DNA of 61,134 nucleotides, counting the filler, from Sluysia triapertura (taxonomy: Eukaryota): the NCBI GenBank assembly GCA_046118255.1. It is 5 parts of 5 records of this genome, joined end to end, with 100 filler letters (N's around TTAATTAATTAA, not from the genome) between each part and the next. Parts side by side here need not be neighbours in the genome. Positions count along the whole stretch, not along the records: positions 1 to 11,968 come from JBJNIA010151827.1; 4 more parts are not named here. One strand, 5' to 3'. The number at the start of each line of letters is the position of its first letter. Position 1 is the stretch's first letter. The position numbers and the translations under genes are program-made. Of the stretch, positions 1 to 11,343 are shown piece after piece. Below the pieces are notes generated by a model that saw nothing but the letters and a program-made list of their open reading frames with translations, ran no database searches and had not been told where the DNA came from.

Positions 1-70
<70 letters not shown>
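1..70. repeat. (AAT)n microsatellite
   Basis: Perfect AAT run. Similar runs at ~1451-1508, 4141-4194, 30192-30233, 33322-33364 and 37237-37292. Confidence 0.98.
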
Positions 71-71
<1 letters not shown>

Positions 72-250
72 GTTTAACCTTTTGATTACTAAATTTTTAT
101 TTGATTTATTATTATAAAGTAACCAATAAAAATTGAGAATAACAATTTAATAGAAAATAATGTTAGTACAAAGCACTAAATTTAAAAATATTAGTTAAAT
201 TATGCTTTTTATTAACTTATATTACACAATATATACTATTTAATCTAGTG

Positions 251-1440
251 TGTGGTAGGCTACCAAAAGAGGGTTACACAAAAAGATGTCTTGCAAAAGT
301 TAGAGATTCAATATATGTAAGTGAATACAGTTTGCATACGCAAAACTAATTACATTTGTACTTTTTGAACACTCTTTAACACTAATTCTACCAAAGGTGT
401 TAAAAGACACCTTTTAACATATTTTAATTTGAAATTATTTTCTAAGATCATTTTTTTTCAATTCCTGTTTTTTACTTTTCGTATAATAAATTGTTATCAT
501 TTTTCTTCAGCTCATCTTAGACCTAAATATGCGTAGCTGGTATAGAAATAGGTATACACAAAATCGTGGTATTCAGAAGATGTACCGCTTCACTAACTTA
601 ATTAACACAGGTCGTCAAAAGGTTCAAGAGTTATAATCAATATCTATTGGCAAATGTAAATAACTAAGATTAATTAAAAAGTTTTTGTGTAGTAATATTT
701 AAAATTTAGCATAACTAAAAATCGAATGTATAATTTTACATAAACATCACTTATATATGAAATAACATCACAAACAATTAAATAAATTTAAATTTATTTA
801 CTAAATATTAAGTATAAAGTATAGCATTAAAAATAAACACAAATAATGTCTAATTTAATTGGCTGTACACCTAGGACATAACAGTTCACAAACAGATTCT
901 GGAACATAGGAATCTATTTTCTTCGAACATATCAAAAAAAGTCATAAAACATTTGTAAATAATCATTTAAAATCATGAAATTAAACACACATTTTCAAAA
1001 TTTTAGCAATTCAATCTTACCAAAATAGAAATCGTTCTTATAAAACGTTTTTGATAAAGATACTTTATATTATTACTTTTTAATCCATTTGTCTTTCCTT
1101 CTTAACATTCAATGGCACACCATTATTCTGACAGCTTGCACCAAATGACTCGTTATAACAATGATATGTTTAGTATATCATGAAGCTCTAGTCCACACAA
1201 TAATAAACCGAAATACATTCAAAGTACTACAAAACATACCAAATAAATTATAAAAACATAAAAATAACTAAATTTCTGACTTAAAACCTTTATAAAAGTT
1301 CTATTTGGAAAACCAACAAAATATTATTCAAAATATAATCATAGTAAATCGATATTTATCAAATTAATTGTTTCTACAATCATCAAATAATCGTCAAATT
1401 TAAGACATCAATTGTCTTCCAGGTTGAAAAGCATTTGTTT
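251..1440 (+). mobile_element. Putative end of a TGTGG-family element (right boundary unknown)
   Basis: Starts TGTGGTAGGCTACC, resembling the TGTGGTGGCCAAC ends elsewhere. Hairpin AAAGGTGT-taaaag-ACACCTTT at ~393-414. C/A-rich strand skew. Broken frame 'RFWNIGIYFL' loosely resembles 'RMYENIGYIYLL' of the 14609 copy. Confidence 0.4.
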
Positions 1441-1448
1441 ATTTGTAC

Positions 1449-1508
<60 letters not shown>

Positions 1509-2699
1509 GAGTATTATGAAATCATGCAGAAAATGCTAAATACATAGATTATTTGACTATCCATCATAAAGAAAAATTTGGAATATTTACAATACACTTA
1601 TAAAATCAAGTCAAGTCTAAATTCTGAAGCTTTAGGGTGCTAAATAAAAAGTAAAATTTAGATAATTTCCAAATAGTTCATTGTTAAAATATAACCAACT
1701 ATTTGTAGAGAAAATGTCTTGTTAGAGCCTTGAAAAGATATTGTATAAAAGATATTAATTTAGACAATGTCAGTACCCAAAAATAGAATTTATTTCTTCA
1801 TAGTCTTCAAGTCATTTGACGTTTCCTGTTAATCAGTTATATGTAACAAAACGAACATTTGCGTTTATGCATTTTCATTATCTAAGCGATATGTAGATAA
1901 GGTGTTGTATGAGATATTTTTTTATTTATTCGCACTTTTAAAATAAATTTAACATTTTAATTTCTTTGCCCATGTTTTAGAAATACTTGGTCGTACAAAC
2001 TTTTCAGGTAGACACATTTTAGACCCAATCCGCCCCATTACTAAGAATATAATAAAATTCTGTAATCTCATTTCATTGTAATAGAGTATTTATAATAATT
2101 ATAATTATAATGTAATAATTATAAATTTTGTCTCACCGTCTAACATGACGAAAACATTTTTATGATTTATTACTGTTTCGAATTTTGAAATTGTGAATTG
2201 TTTTATATAGAATTATGATTCATCCATACATTTTCAAAATCAAGATTATCGTTTGATTGTTGATTTTAAATGTGTGCTTGTAAAATGTAACCAAGTAACA
2301 AGAAAGCAACCACTGCATTTAAGTTTTAATATCTTCAAAAATACCTACATTAAAACAGAATAATTTTTACCAAGCCACATTTCACATTTTTGTTAGTGAG
2401 ACGTACTTTTGCTTCTAAACATTATACAATGCTCTATCTTTAGTGATTTAATCTTGAGTTATTTTCAATTTTTTCCGATTATTTGTCATATTCATTTTAA
2501 ATTTTGTAAATGTTTTGAGCGGAAACAATTTCTATTCGTTCAATCAGTGAACAAAACAAAGATGCATCTTCACAATGTGAATTCAGACGAACATACAAAA
2601 ATAATTGTTAAAATAGCGGTTTCTACCAAAACATAATTGACTTTGTAAGGTGTATTAATATTTAACTTTATCATTTCATTACTTACTATTGATCCAAAT

Positions 2700-3433
2700 T
2701 AGATTCACCGATTAATCAATGTAAGACAGTCTGATTATTGAATAAAGATATGGGGAACACAGGAATTCCCCAACTGTATTTCAGCGAAAATCGATAAAAG
2801 TATGTCATTTGTATCTTTCGCAAGAGTATTTATATAAAATTCATAGACGTTCCGCTAGAATTGTGTACTACTTATAAAAAAGCAGTTAATAAAAGTCAAA
2901 ATTGTTCAATTCTTATTTAGCAGACAAAATTCGTTATATTCATTGACCTCTTCGCAGAAAGTACGACTTAGTATGATCAAGTAAAAAAACTGAAAACGAC
3001 CACATTCAGAAAATCAATGATCATGGTGATAAATAGAATAACTGTTCCTTTTCTATGTCAGACTTTCCAACTTAAATATCATAATTTATGCAGGAGACCC
3101 TGTTACAGAAGTTAGAAACAGTTTTCATGTAGATTTTAGCGTTTGTTTTGTTTGTTACATTCTGGAAATTTAAATTTTGCCATGCCTACGCCAATCAGGA
3201 AGTATAAGTCAGCAGACGTTCTAAAATCGTTAGAAAAGCAAAGAAAACACTTTGCAGTTAGTGAAACTCCACGCCGTAGTTGTGTTGTGTGGGCATATGA
3301 TAAAACACTTGTTGGAAAGTATAGAAAAACAAAGACCACAAACGATTGTACAAAGTGTTGTAAATATGTTTGGTGTGTTTATTTACGTACCAAGAATATA
3401 ACCAATTCACAATTCATCTTCATAATTTATTAA
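2700..3433 (+). pseudogene. piggyBac transposase relic (C-terminal Cys-rich domain)
   Basis: RRSCVV...KTTNDCTKCCKYV resembles the piggyBac CRD. Near-identical DNA at ~40857-40910. Left boundary approximate. Confidence 0.65.
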
Positions 3434-4139
3434 ATTTAAATATTTCGTTTAATTAGTACTGTTTTGACATACTCAACTGCACCAATCAAAATATTCATGT
3501 ATACAAAATTAATATTAGAATAGATAAAAAAGCAAAAACAAAAATCAAAAATCAAAAAAATAAAAAAACAAAAAAGTATCTTCACTACCGTCGTTATGAA
3601 TACGAATTTTTAATTCTTAAAATAAACTAAAATATTCTTAGATGTACACTCTAAGAAAAGATGGGAAATTGATCATTTTAAAAATAGTTTACAAAAATTA
3701 TTGATTTTATACACTAAAAATTATGAGAATCAATGCGACTTACCAAAAACAATGATAAATAGATATCTTAGAAGAAATCTATTTATTAATTTAGTAAGAC
3801 CCTTCTATCAAATAAAATAATAATAAAACTGTTTACGTTACATTTTTTATACATACACAAATAACGTGTTTACCACTTCATCCCGAAAACATTAAACTAA
3901 AATATTTTCTTTATACAAGAAACATCATTTAGAAATGGAAAAATTGTATTTTTAGAAAGTAATATAAAATAAACTATTATACTAATGTTGTAATAAATCT
4001 TCAATTTCGTATTCTGGTGACGAATCGATCATAGAGGAATTATTTTTAATTTGATCATATTCTATTAAATTTAATATTTCTGAATTTGGAACAGATTCCA
4101 GTTTTATCGGCTTTGGTTTTGGAACTTCGTTTTTGTTAC

Positions 4140-4197
<58 letters not shown>

Positions 4198-4199
4198 AA

Positions 4200-4560
4200 G
4201 AGAAATTAAATTTACAAAATATAAATAAAACGTCACAAAAATTATTTAAAGTATTACAAAAAAATTTCAAAAATTAAATTTCATTCTAATATCTATTACT
4301 CCGTTGTCGCCGATAATGCGACATTACAAATATAAACTATAAATCAGTGTTTTGCTTACGTTATCAATTTAAAAGAATTCGTTAATGTTACCTATAATGT
4401 AATCTATATCAGTCACAAGGCTGGAGTGGAAAAAGTTTAAAATAATTTTTATTGTAGCTTTATAAGCTAAAAGAAATAACTTAAAAGCACTGGATTTCTG
4501 AGAAATTTCAAAGAAAAAGCTTAAAAAATCAAATAAGATAAAAAACTTACAAGTCAAATA
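4200..4560 (+). pseudogene. hAT transposase relic
   Basis: Broken frames give SVVADNA and CFAYVINL, matching the hAT TDNA and CxxH (CFAHxLNL) motifs. Confidence 0.45.
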
Positions 4561-4621
4561 GAAAAAGGAAAACTAAAATAGAATTAATTTGCAAGTATAT
4601 ATCGAACGGAAATACCTGTAT

Positions 4622-5054
4622 TGTTACGTTCACTCTTTACGCTTTGCTTACAGTCAATCTTATGTTAAATTTTATTATTAATCAATAATTCATAATATGT
4701 TTATAAATTTTTGTATAATATGTTTATAAATTTTTGTATAATATATTTAATACAAATCTTGATTCATTTAATTTAATGCAAATTAAGTAAGATTTTATTT
4801 TAAATTTTAATAATTTTAATACAATAATTTTAAATTCTTTTAATGTAAAGGAGTACGTTCGTTTTAATTTATTATCTTTGTTTTAATTTGTATTGTTTTC
4901 ATGATCCCAAGGTCATTCATTTTGTATAAATAGATAACTATTTTTACCATAATAAACCATAAGTAAATCTTTCTAAAAATCTTTCTTACTCCAAGAGAAA
5001 GAAAAGCTTCCGTAGCTATTTTGATTTCCAGAGGATCCCATTTTTGTTAAGACA
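4622..5054 (+). mobile_element. Solo LTR (~433 bp)
   Basis: TGTTACG...TAAGACA termini. TATAAATAG at ~4925 and AATAAA at 4951. Flanks GTAT/TTAT are an imperfect 4-bp TSD. Related sequence at ~28340-28460. Confidence 0.6.
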
Positions 5055-5308
5055 TTATCTCAGTTTTATATTATTAAGTCTTTTCACAGTATTTATAACT
5101 GTTTATTTAAAATCCACTTAAAATCTGAACATCATCTCGCTACTGCTTCAAAGTAGCATATTAAAATTATTTTGTAAAATCAATTATTTAAGAGATTATT
5201 CTAAGAAAAGATAATCTTTCCAAATTTATATCATAACCTTACATCTGTAGTAAGTTTTTATTCATTTGTTAATAAAATATTTTGCATTAATTGTTAATTT
5301 TTGACGAC

Positions 5309-5499
5309 AGGTTCTAGTAGGAATCTTATCAAAATCTACCAAAATTTCTTTTGTAAAAGGTTCGATTTAGAACCTAATTAAAATCTTTTTATAACCGATA
5401 AAGGTTCATTTTAGGAACCTTATTAAAATCATTAATTTAAAGGTTCAATTTAAGAACCAAATTAAACTATCAACATGTTCAAAGTAAGAACCTCATTAA
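5309..5499. repeat. Array of five palindromic repeats AGGTTC-N6/7-GAACCT-(t/a)ATTAAAATC with non-repetitive spacers
   Basis: Unit starts at 5309, 5358, 5402, 5441 and 5475. Confidence 0.85.
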
Positions 5500-5545
5500 C
5501 CCCTTAATGAACGCCCGTGTTAATACGTTTCTGCGCGTTAAGGGG
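5500..5545. mobile_element. 46-bp piggyBac-type mini element
   Basis: TTAA|CCCCTTAA...TTAAGGGG|TTAA, with a TTAA TSD. Inserted into the TTAA of the fifth palindromic repeat. Confidence 0.8.
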
Positions 5546-5640
5546 TTAAAATACAACTAAAGTGATTTATCATTTTTTGTATTAATAAGAAAATTGAATA
5601 TTAAAAAAGCTTTACCTGAAAGTAGTACATTTAATTAACG

Positions 5641-5743
5641 CCTCCATTTACTTAAAATTTTTGATAGAAAATCCAACGGCTGGCCCTAACCGGTAAGCCC
5701 AGTACGTTGTTGAACTCATGTTAAGCTAAGCGTTTTATTCTAG
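5641..5743 (+). ncRNA. Candidate structured RNA/cis-element, copy 1
   Basis: Homologous to 48434-48531. Stem CAACG-GCTGG / CCAGT-A-CGTTG has compensatory changes relative to copy 2. Confidence 0.55.
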
Positions 5744-6042
5744 AATCGTAGCTCACAGGAAGATATTTTGAATCCAACTAGAAGACGAAAGAGAATTATT
5801 ACGGTTATATGTTTTTTAAATTCTTACCTGTGTTAATAAAATACTAAATTTAGTCTTTTTATCGTTAAAACTGCCATGTTTAAAAGGCCTAAAGCCTAGT
5901 TTAGTAATTAAAAATGTTATTGTTTTAATGTTAAATTTTAATTGCTTTTTATTAAAAGAAATTCCTAATCCTTTTTAATATACAAATAAATAAAAATAAT
6001 TATAATTTATTAATTTTAAAATATAAAAAGCCTTCCCCTTCA

Positions 6043-7436
6043 AAGACGAAAGAGAATTAGGTTGCTAATAGTTTCTCAAGACGACAGTGAAGAAAATAAT
6101 GAACAAGAAAATATTGAAATTTGGAAGAAAATCGAAACAGGGTCCTTTCTTGGGAGACCAGCTGTTCATATTATTTTCAAAGTGTATCTTGTCAAGAGAA
6201 ACATTTTATTTACTGTTTGAAAACCGAATTACGGAACACATAAAATGTTTTGGGAAAAGAATAAAGTTTACATAGAGATAAATTAGAAGCATTTGTAGCT
6301 ATTTTGTATATACGTCGTGCATATGAGCATTAAAATGTCATAGTTTGTATGGAATAAGAAATGGGTATTTTCATTTCTTGCGCTTTTGATAAATTCGCTT
6401 TGGTATCAAAAGTTGACGAACAGATCTTCCCAACTAAAGTTAAATGTAGGTTCATCGATTACATATATGGAAAAAGACGAAACCTGACCGGCATCTATTT
6501 CACTTGGTGAGTTTGTGGTTTACTGGCATTAAACTTTTTCAGAAAAAACCTCTTTAGTTTGAACTCCCAAAATCTACAAAAATATAATAGGATAAAATGA
6601 AACCCTTCTCACTGCAACATGACACATCTTTAACAATTTATGAAAGTAAGCCAAACAAAAAAGTATTTTGACTAAGTTCAAGACATAAATCTGTGCAAGT
6701 GGAAGATAGCAATAAACGTCTTCAAGAAACAATTAAATTTTATAATAGCACAAAATTTGGGATTGATATAACTGATCAAATGGCTAGAAAATATAGTGTA
6801 AAATATAAATGCCGCAGATGGCCTATGAACGTATTTTATAATATCCTCGATTTGATCGGAATAAGAGCATTGGTTCTATACAAAGAAATGTTTTATTCCA
6901 GTTAGAAGAAGAACTCACAGCTGAGTATAAAGAACGCCAAGATAGAACAACAAATATGGCGACATATTCAACAGTAAGATCACTTCCTTTTCAAAAAGGA
7001 AAAAAGCAAATAAAAGGTAATAGAGAAATTAGAATTTGCTCCCAGTGTAAGAAATATGCATGCGGAAGGTTCAGCAACCATTCATATATTGAATACTGAA
7101 TAATGAAATTTCTTTTACAGCGTTTTATTATGATTATCATTTTTTATAATGAAGATTAAATTTTTTGTTGTGCCTTTTATACTTTTTATTTTTTAAATTA
7201 TTAAATTAAAACTCAATAACTAAATAAATTAAAAATATCGATATATTCTCCAATATTATCGCAAGATTACAATAAATTTTCTTTATAATAATAACAATAC
7301 AAATTATTCTTTAATAATAAATCTTTTAACAAATCACTATAAATCACAGCTTATCTATGATAAAGATTTTATAGACATGGATTATTTGACCCGTGCTGTT
7401 AAGAATAGGTATAGATAGACCGACGGTGTGTTTGGT
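6043..7436 (+). mobile_element. Degenerate piggyBac element
   Basis: ETIKFYNSTKFGIDITDQMARKYSVKYKCRRWPMNVFYNILDL at 6693-6905 is the PGBD catalytic C-terminal motif. CRD remnant at ~7035-7065. End ...GGTGTGTTTGGTG followed by TTAA at 7437-7440. Confidence 0.85.
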
Positions 7437-7784
7437 GTTAACATTTTATAATCTCGAAAACACCGACAAACTTTATTTGGACAGTTTAAATTTTGCTAGA
7501 AGGAACTAATGGAAGACCTTATTTAAAAATTTTAAGTTTAAATTCATGAATCGTGGCTGAAATACATTTAAATTACTGAATAGTAAGTGAATTTTATTGT
7601 ATACTCCAAGTTTATGAATTAATGAAGAAATTGTTAATGTATGTAATCGATTGATTGTAACTATATTTAGAAAAGTGTGTCTTATTAATTTGTACGATTT
7701 ATAAATATCAGTTTAAAATTTATTGATTAATTTTTAATATTCGTAAGATTAGGATAAGAACAAATTCTAGCATTCTTAATAATC

Positions 7785-7850
7785 TGCCAGGGTTTTTATA
7801 CTACGGGTCCGAATTATCTACCACTTAAATGGCAAAAGTGTAGAATAAAA
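7785..7850 (+). pseudogene. mariner transposase C-terminal scrap
   Basis: QGFYTTGPNYLPLKWQKC resembles the mariner FYxxGIxxLPxRWQKC motif. Confidence 0.5.
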
Positions 7851-9564
7851 CAATTCTTCATATTTGTAAATTTTCCTCTTTTGCTAGAAATTCTGATTTT
7901 GATTCCTGATTCTAATTTCATTTTACTGTTATATATTGTACCAGAAATTAAGATATATATGTATTACTGACAAATACTAATACTACTATTAAAGTATATA
8001 TTTCGTGAGTCGATTGAGACTAATTAAACATCTTATTTTCATTGTGATTATCGTTTAAGTAAAACAAACTTCAATGAAACATTTTATTATTATTGAAAAT
8101 TGTTTTAAGCAGTATTTTTTGTGTCAAATTTTTGTATTTTCTAAATACATTTTCTATATTTAACTTTATATATAACGAACAGTCTAATAAACATTTCTTC
8201 ATAAAACAAAAAAATGTGCTAAAGTATTTATTTTTTGAAATTATCTACTAATGTTTGATCCACTAAGCCTTCTTTGAGTTGACATTAGGTCTGTTTTTGA
8301 AACATTCAAGGCATCCAATTCGTAGTTTTTGTGTCTTTTCTTAACAAACCACTCTTACACTAAGCCATTAGGTTGGTGCATAAATTCGTGCGGTTTTATG
8401 TGTTGCATAGAAAACACACCAACTTCTTGTTTTAACTGATTTGAATTATCTAAATCATTTTAGGCTAACATTCACTTTCATTACTCTCCTTAAAATTCTA
8501 GATAAAAATGAACATTTTCGGCATCTACAGATTTTCATGTCGAACCATCTTTCTGGTGTCAACGTGGATTGAAGAATTTTTCGACAAAAAATCACCAAAC
8601 TTCTTCAAACTTGGGATTTACAAATGGCCAGAACGATGAAAGGAGGTGGTCGATTTTGGCGGAGAATATCTCACCGATTGAGACTGCAATATTTGTAAAG
8701 GAGTTTGAAGTCCAAACACCATTTGTTTTGTAGTTTAATAAAGATTATTAAATTTATATTATAACTGTAAACAAATATTAAATTATTATTGAATGAATTA
8801 AAATTATTAAGAAGTTCTAAATCAATTGTTAAAAGGTTATTAAAGATTAATTTATTTAGTCTTACAAAATCTTAACATTATTAAATTTTCTTTTATTAAA
8901 ATAAAAAAAATAAAATAAAAATAAAATCCGAGAAATGTATTATACATGAACTTTATGTAAATAATACGAATTTGCTTTAATAAACACAGTTTATGTAATA
9001 GTGGATGTTGATATATCTTTGACAATGTTACGATCCATACACTAGAACAAAATTTAAACAGATATGAACATAATGCACTAAAAATGATAATCACCAAAAT
9101 GTAGAAATAAGAATAAAATATGATCATATTTCTTTGAATAAGTTTTGTGTGACTAATATGACATAAAATAGTGATATACACAAGTGAGTTGGAACTAAAG
9201 TAATAAAATTAATGATAACAAAATTATTGATTAGTGAAATTACACATAAAACTATTAATGTAGCAGAATTAGTGAATGTGTGTGTGATGTGTGACAATAT
9301 TATTGTCTCTAGGATATTCAAGAAGGAACTTTTATGTTTAATATCGGCTCTAATTCATTACATGTAGCTATAAATTGTCAATGCAAGAAGACAAAAAATA
9401 AATAGTGATATTATCGCATTAGCTCTTTCAACTAGATCAGTGACATCTTTTTATAAACCTCCAAGAAATCTTATACACCACTTACGTATTAGCCATTAAG
9501 TGAGTAAGTCTAATATCGTAAGGGACTCGCGCAAAATCTAAATAAAACAATTAAATTAAAGATT

Positions 9565-9855
9565 TTAAATCTTCACATATATATAAATATTATCACCTAC
9601 TGTCTGAACTTTAGCATTATTGTTATTACATTCTTCTTTATCTACTTCATATCTATAATTATGTGTTCGAACTGCTTTGTATTTGCAGGAATTCCTTTTA
9701 GCTAAGATATCTTTTATTGAGTTGATACATAGAAAAGTATTGCCTAAATCTAACTTTAATTGAATTGAAGCAGGTAAACAATTCTTTAAATCATAAGAAA
9801 TGATTTCATACTTACTGCTAGATAATTCATTAACTTTACTTAGTATATTATTCAT
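9565..9855 (-). CDS. Intronless 96-aa ORF of unknown function (element cargo)
   Basis: ATG-to-stop ORF with normal complexity, downstream of the hairpin promoter module. Confidence 0.4.
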   Translation of the reverse strand: MNNILSKVNELSSSKYEIISYDLKNCLPASIQLKLDLGNTFLCINSIKDILAKRNSCKYKAVRTHNYRYEVDKEECNNNNAKVQTVGDNIYIYVKI

Positions 9856-10044
9856 ATTTTAGATCGATTAAGCATAAGACTTTTAACTAAAATGATCTTT
9901 TGAAAAATGTTCGTGACTATTGTTCAATTTGATTAACAGAAACAGACTCCAAATTTATTGAAATATTCTGTCTATATTCGTTTGATAAGAAATTCCTTGT
10001 ACGAAAATTTTTAAAAGTGTGATTAAAATTGTGATCATTTGTTG

Positions 10045-10157
10045 TTGACCAATCAAGTGAGAATATTTTAAATGATTATTTAATGGTCAATAAAAATTAC
10101 TGTCTGTCACCATGCAAATTTTCACAAAAACAAATAAAGTCTGAGACATAGTGACAG
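10045..10157. promoter_or_regulatory. Double-hairpin CCAAT module A
   Basis: IR TTGACCAATCAA/TTAATGGTCAA (10045-10090), then IR CTGTCACCATG/CATAGTGACAG (10104-10157). Confidence 0.5.
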
Positions 10158-10485
10158 GTATGAATTAATTTTATGATATATATAATTGAAAAACTGCCAT
10201 AATTTGTAGTTCGGATAACTAAAATTTGTTATGATATTTAATATAATGAAAATAATATAATTTTGATAATAATAATTAGTAATAATAATGATAATAAAAA
10301 TGTAATAATGTAATTAATAATAATAATAATAAAATAAAATTACGCTAATAACAATTAATAAAAATAAAATGGCATACATTTCATAAAAGTCTTCTTTTTC
10401 TTTATTCTTTTACAAGAACTTAATGATTATATATTTGTTACACATAATTCTGTTTTATATAGAATGTATATCATGCATGACTTTC

Positions 10486-10815
10486 TTAGAGTTCTTGCTT
10501 ATTTGTTCTTAACTCTTGTTGAATAAATAAGTTTCTTGTAGTTTCTAATTCTCTGAATGTTTCAATTACTTTACTAATCTTTAGCTCTTTATACAATGTT
10601 AAAGTAACTTCAGCTTGAAGTCGTTGAATTTGATGTCTGAGTTTCAAAATGATTGTAGAAGGAATAATGCACGTCGTAATAAAATAAAAGAAATAAAAGA
10701 AATATGAAAAGAAGTATAATAAAAAATTAATGAAGTTGGAGATGTTAAAATAAATTTCATTTATTTTATTAATATTTTGAAATTTAAAATGTAAATTTAA
10801 TGATTTTTCATGCAA
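10486..10815 (-). CDS. Terminal ORF with a hydrophobic segment and coiled-coil tail
   Basis: Starts ~80 bp inside the TGTGG end. FLLYFFSYFFYFFYF is followed by heptad-like LRHQIQRLQAEV...ELETTRN. Confidence 0.3.
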   Translation of the reverse strand: MHEKSLNLHFKFQNINKINEIYFNISNFINFLLYFFSYFFYFFYFITTCIIPSTIILKLRHQIQRLQAEVTLTLYKELKISKVIETFRELETTRNLFIQQELRTNKQEL

Positions 10816-11009
10816 TTAATAGTTGAAGTGTTGTAAAAATGTGACTTTTAGTGTAATGTGATGAATTAAAATTTTGAATGATAAAGTTGGCCACCACAAT
10901 TTGTTTTTTTCTAATGATTTAATAAATTCATTTTGTTATATGGAATTTTTTTCATGGTTTTTATTCTTAATCAGTATGCATTTTTCATAATTTTAAAAAA
11001 CCACAATTT

Positions 11010-11343
11010 GAAGTGAAGAAGTTATTATACACTCTTTTTGAATCTTTAAACTCATTTTTATTGAAAATATCAACTTTATTTTTTAAGAATTTTATTTATG
11101 ACTCTAAAAGGCTAGATCTCGCTGAGAGTATAAAAGCTCTTAATTTGGTCAATAAAAATAACTTTTCCTACTATTTTTTTCTTATTATTCATTATTCATT
11201 TAAGGGTTGAAAATTGTGAAGTAAATTTTAATAAAATTTGACATTAAAACAAAATGTTTTCTGAGTTTATTTATTATATTTTTGAAGCACCAGTTCCATT
11301 TTTTCAAAAAATGTGGGGATCATTATGTTAGATTGCCACCACA
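11010..11343 (-). mobile_element. Truncated TGTGG-family end
   Basis: Minus strand begins TGTGGTGGCAATCT at 11343 and replaces the mariner right TIR. Confidence 0.45.

Larger units (their letters stand above)
8694..10898 (-). mobile_element. 2205-bp TGT...ACA element (TGTGG family) carrying small ORFs; no transposase or RT recognised
   Basis: Both boundaries are fixed by the empty site in mariner copy 2. The right end reads TGTGGTGGCCAAC on the minus strand. Confidence 0.8.
8368..11008 (+). mobile_element. Internally deleted cecropia-type mariner, split by a 2.2-kb insertion
   Basis: TIR TTAGGTTGGTGCATAAATTCGTGCGGTTTT (Hsmar1-like). Encodes DKNEHFRHL and EEFFDKKSPNFFKLGIYKWPER*KEVVDFGGEYLTD. 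Segments 8368-8693 and 10899-11008 align collinearly with 26299-26751. Confidence 0.9.

Noticed and set aside
5309-5499. CRISPR array (also 60082-60424)
   Set aside because: Eukaryotic context, no cas genes, degenerate repeats, and short unequal spacers.
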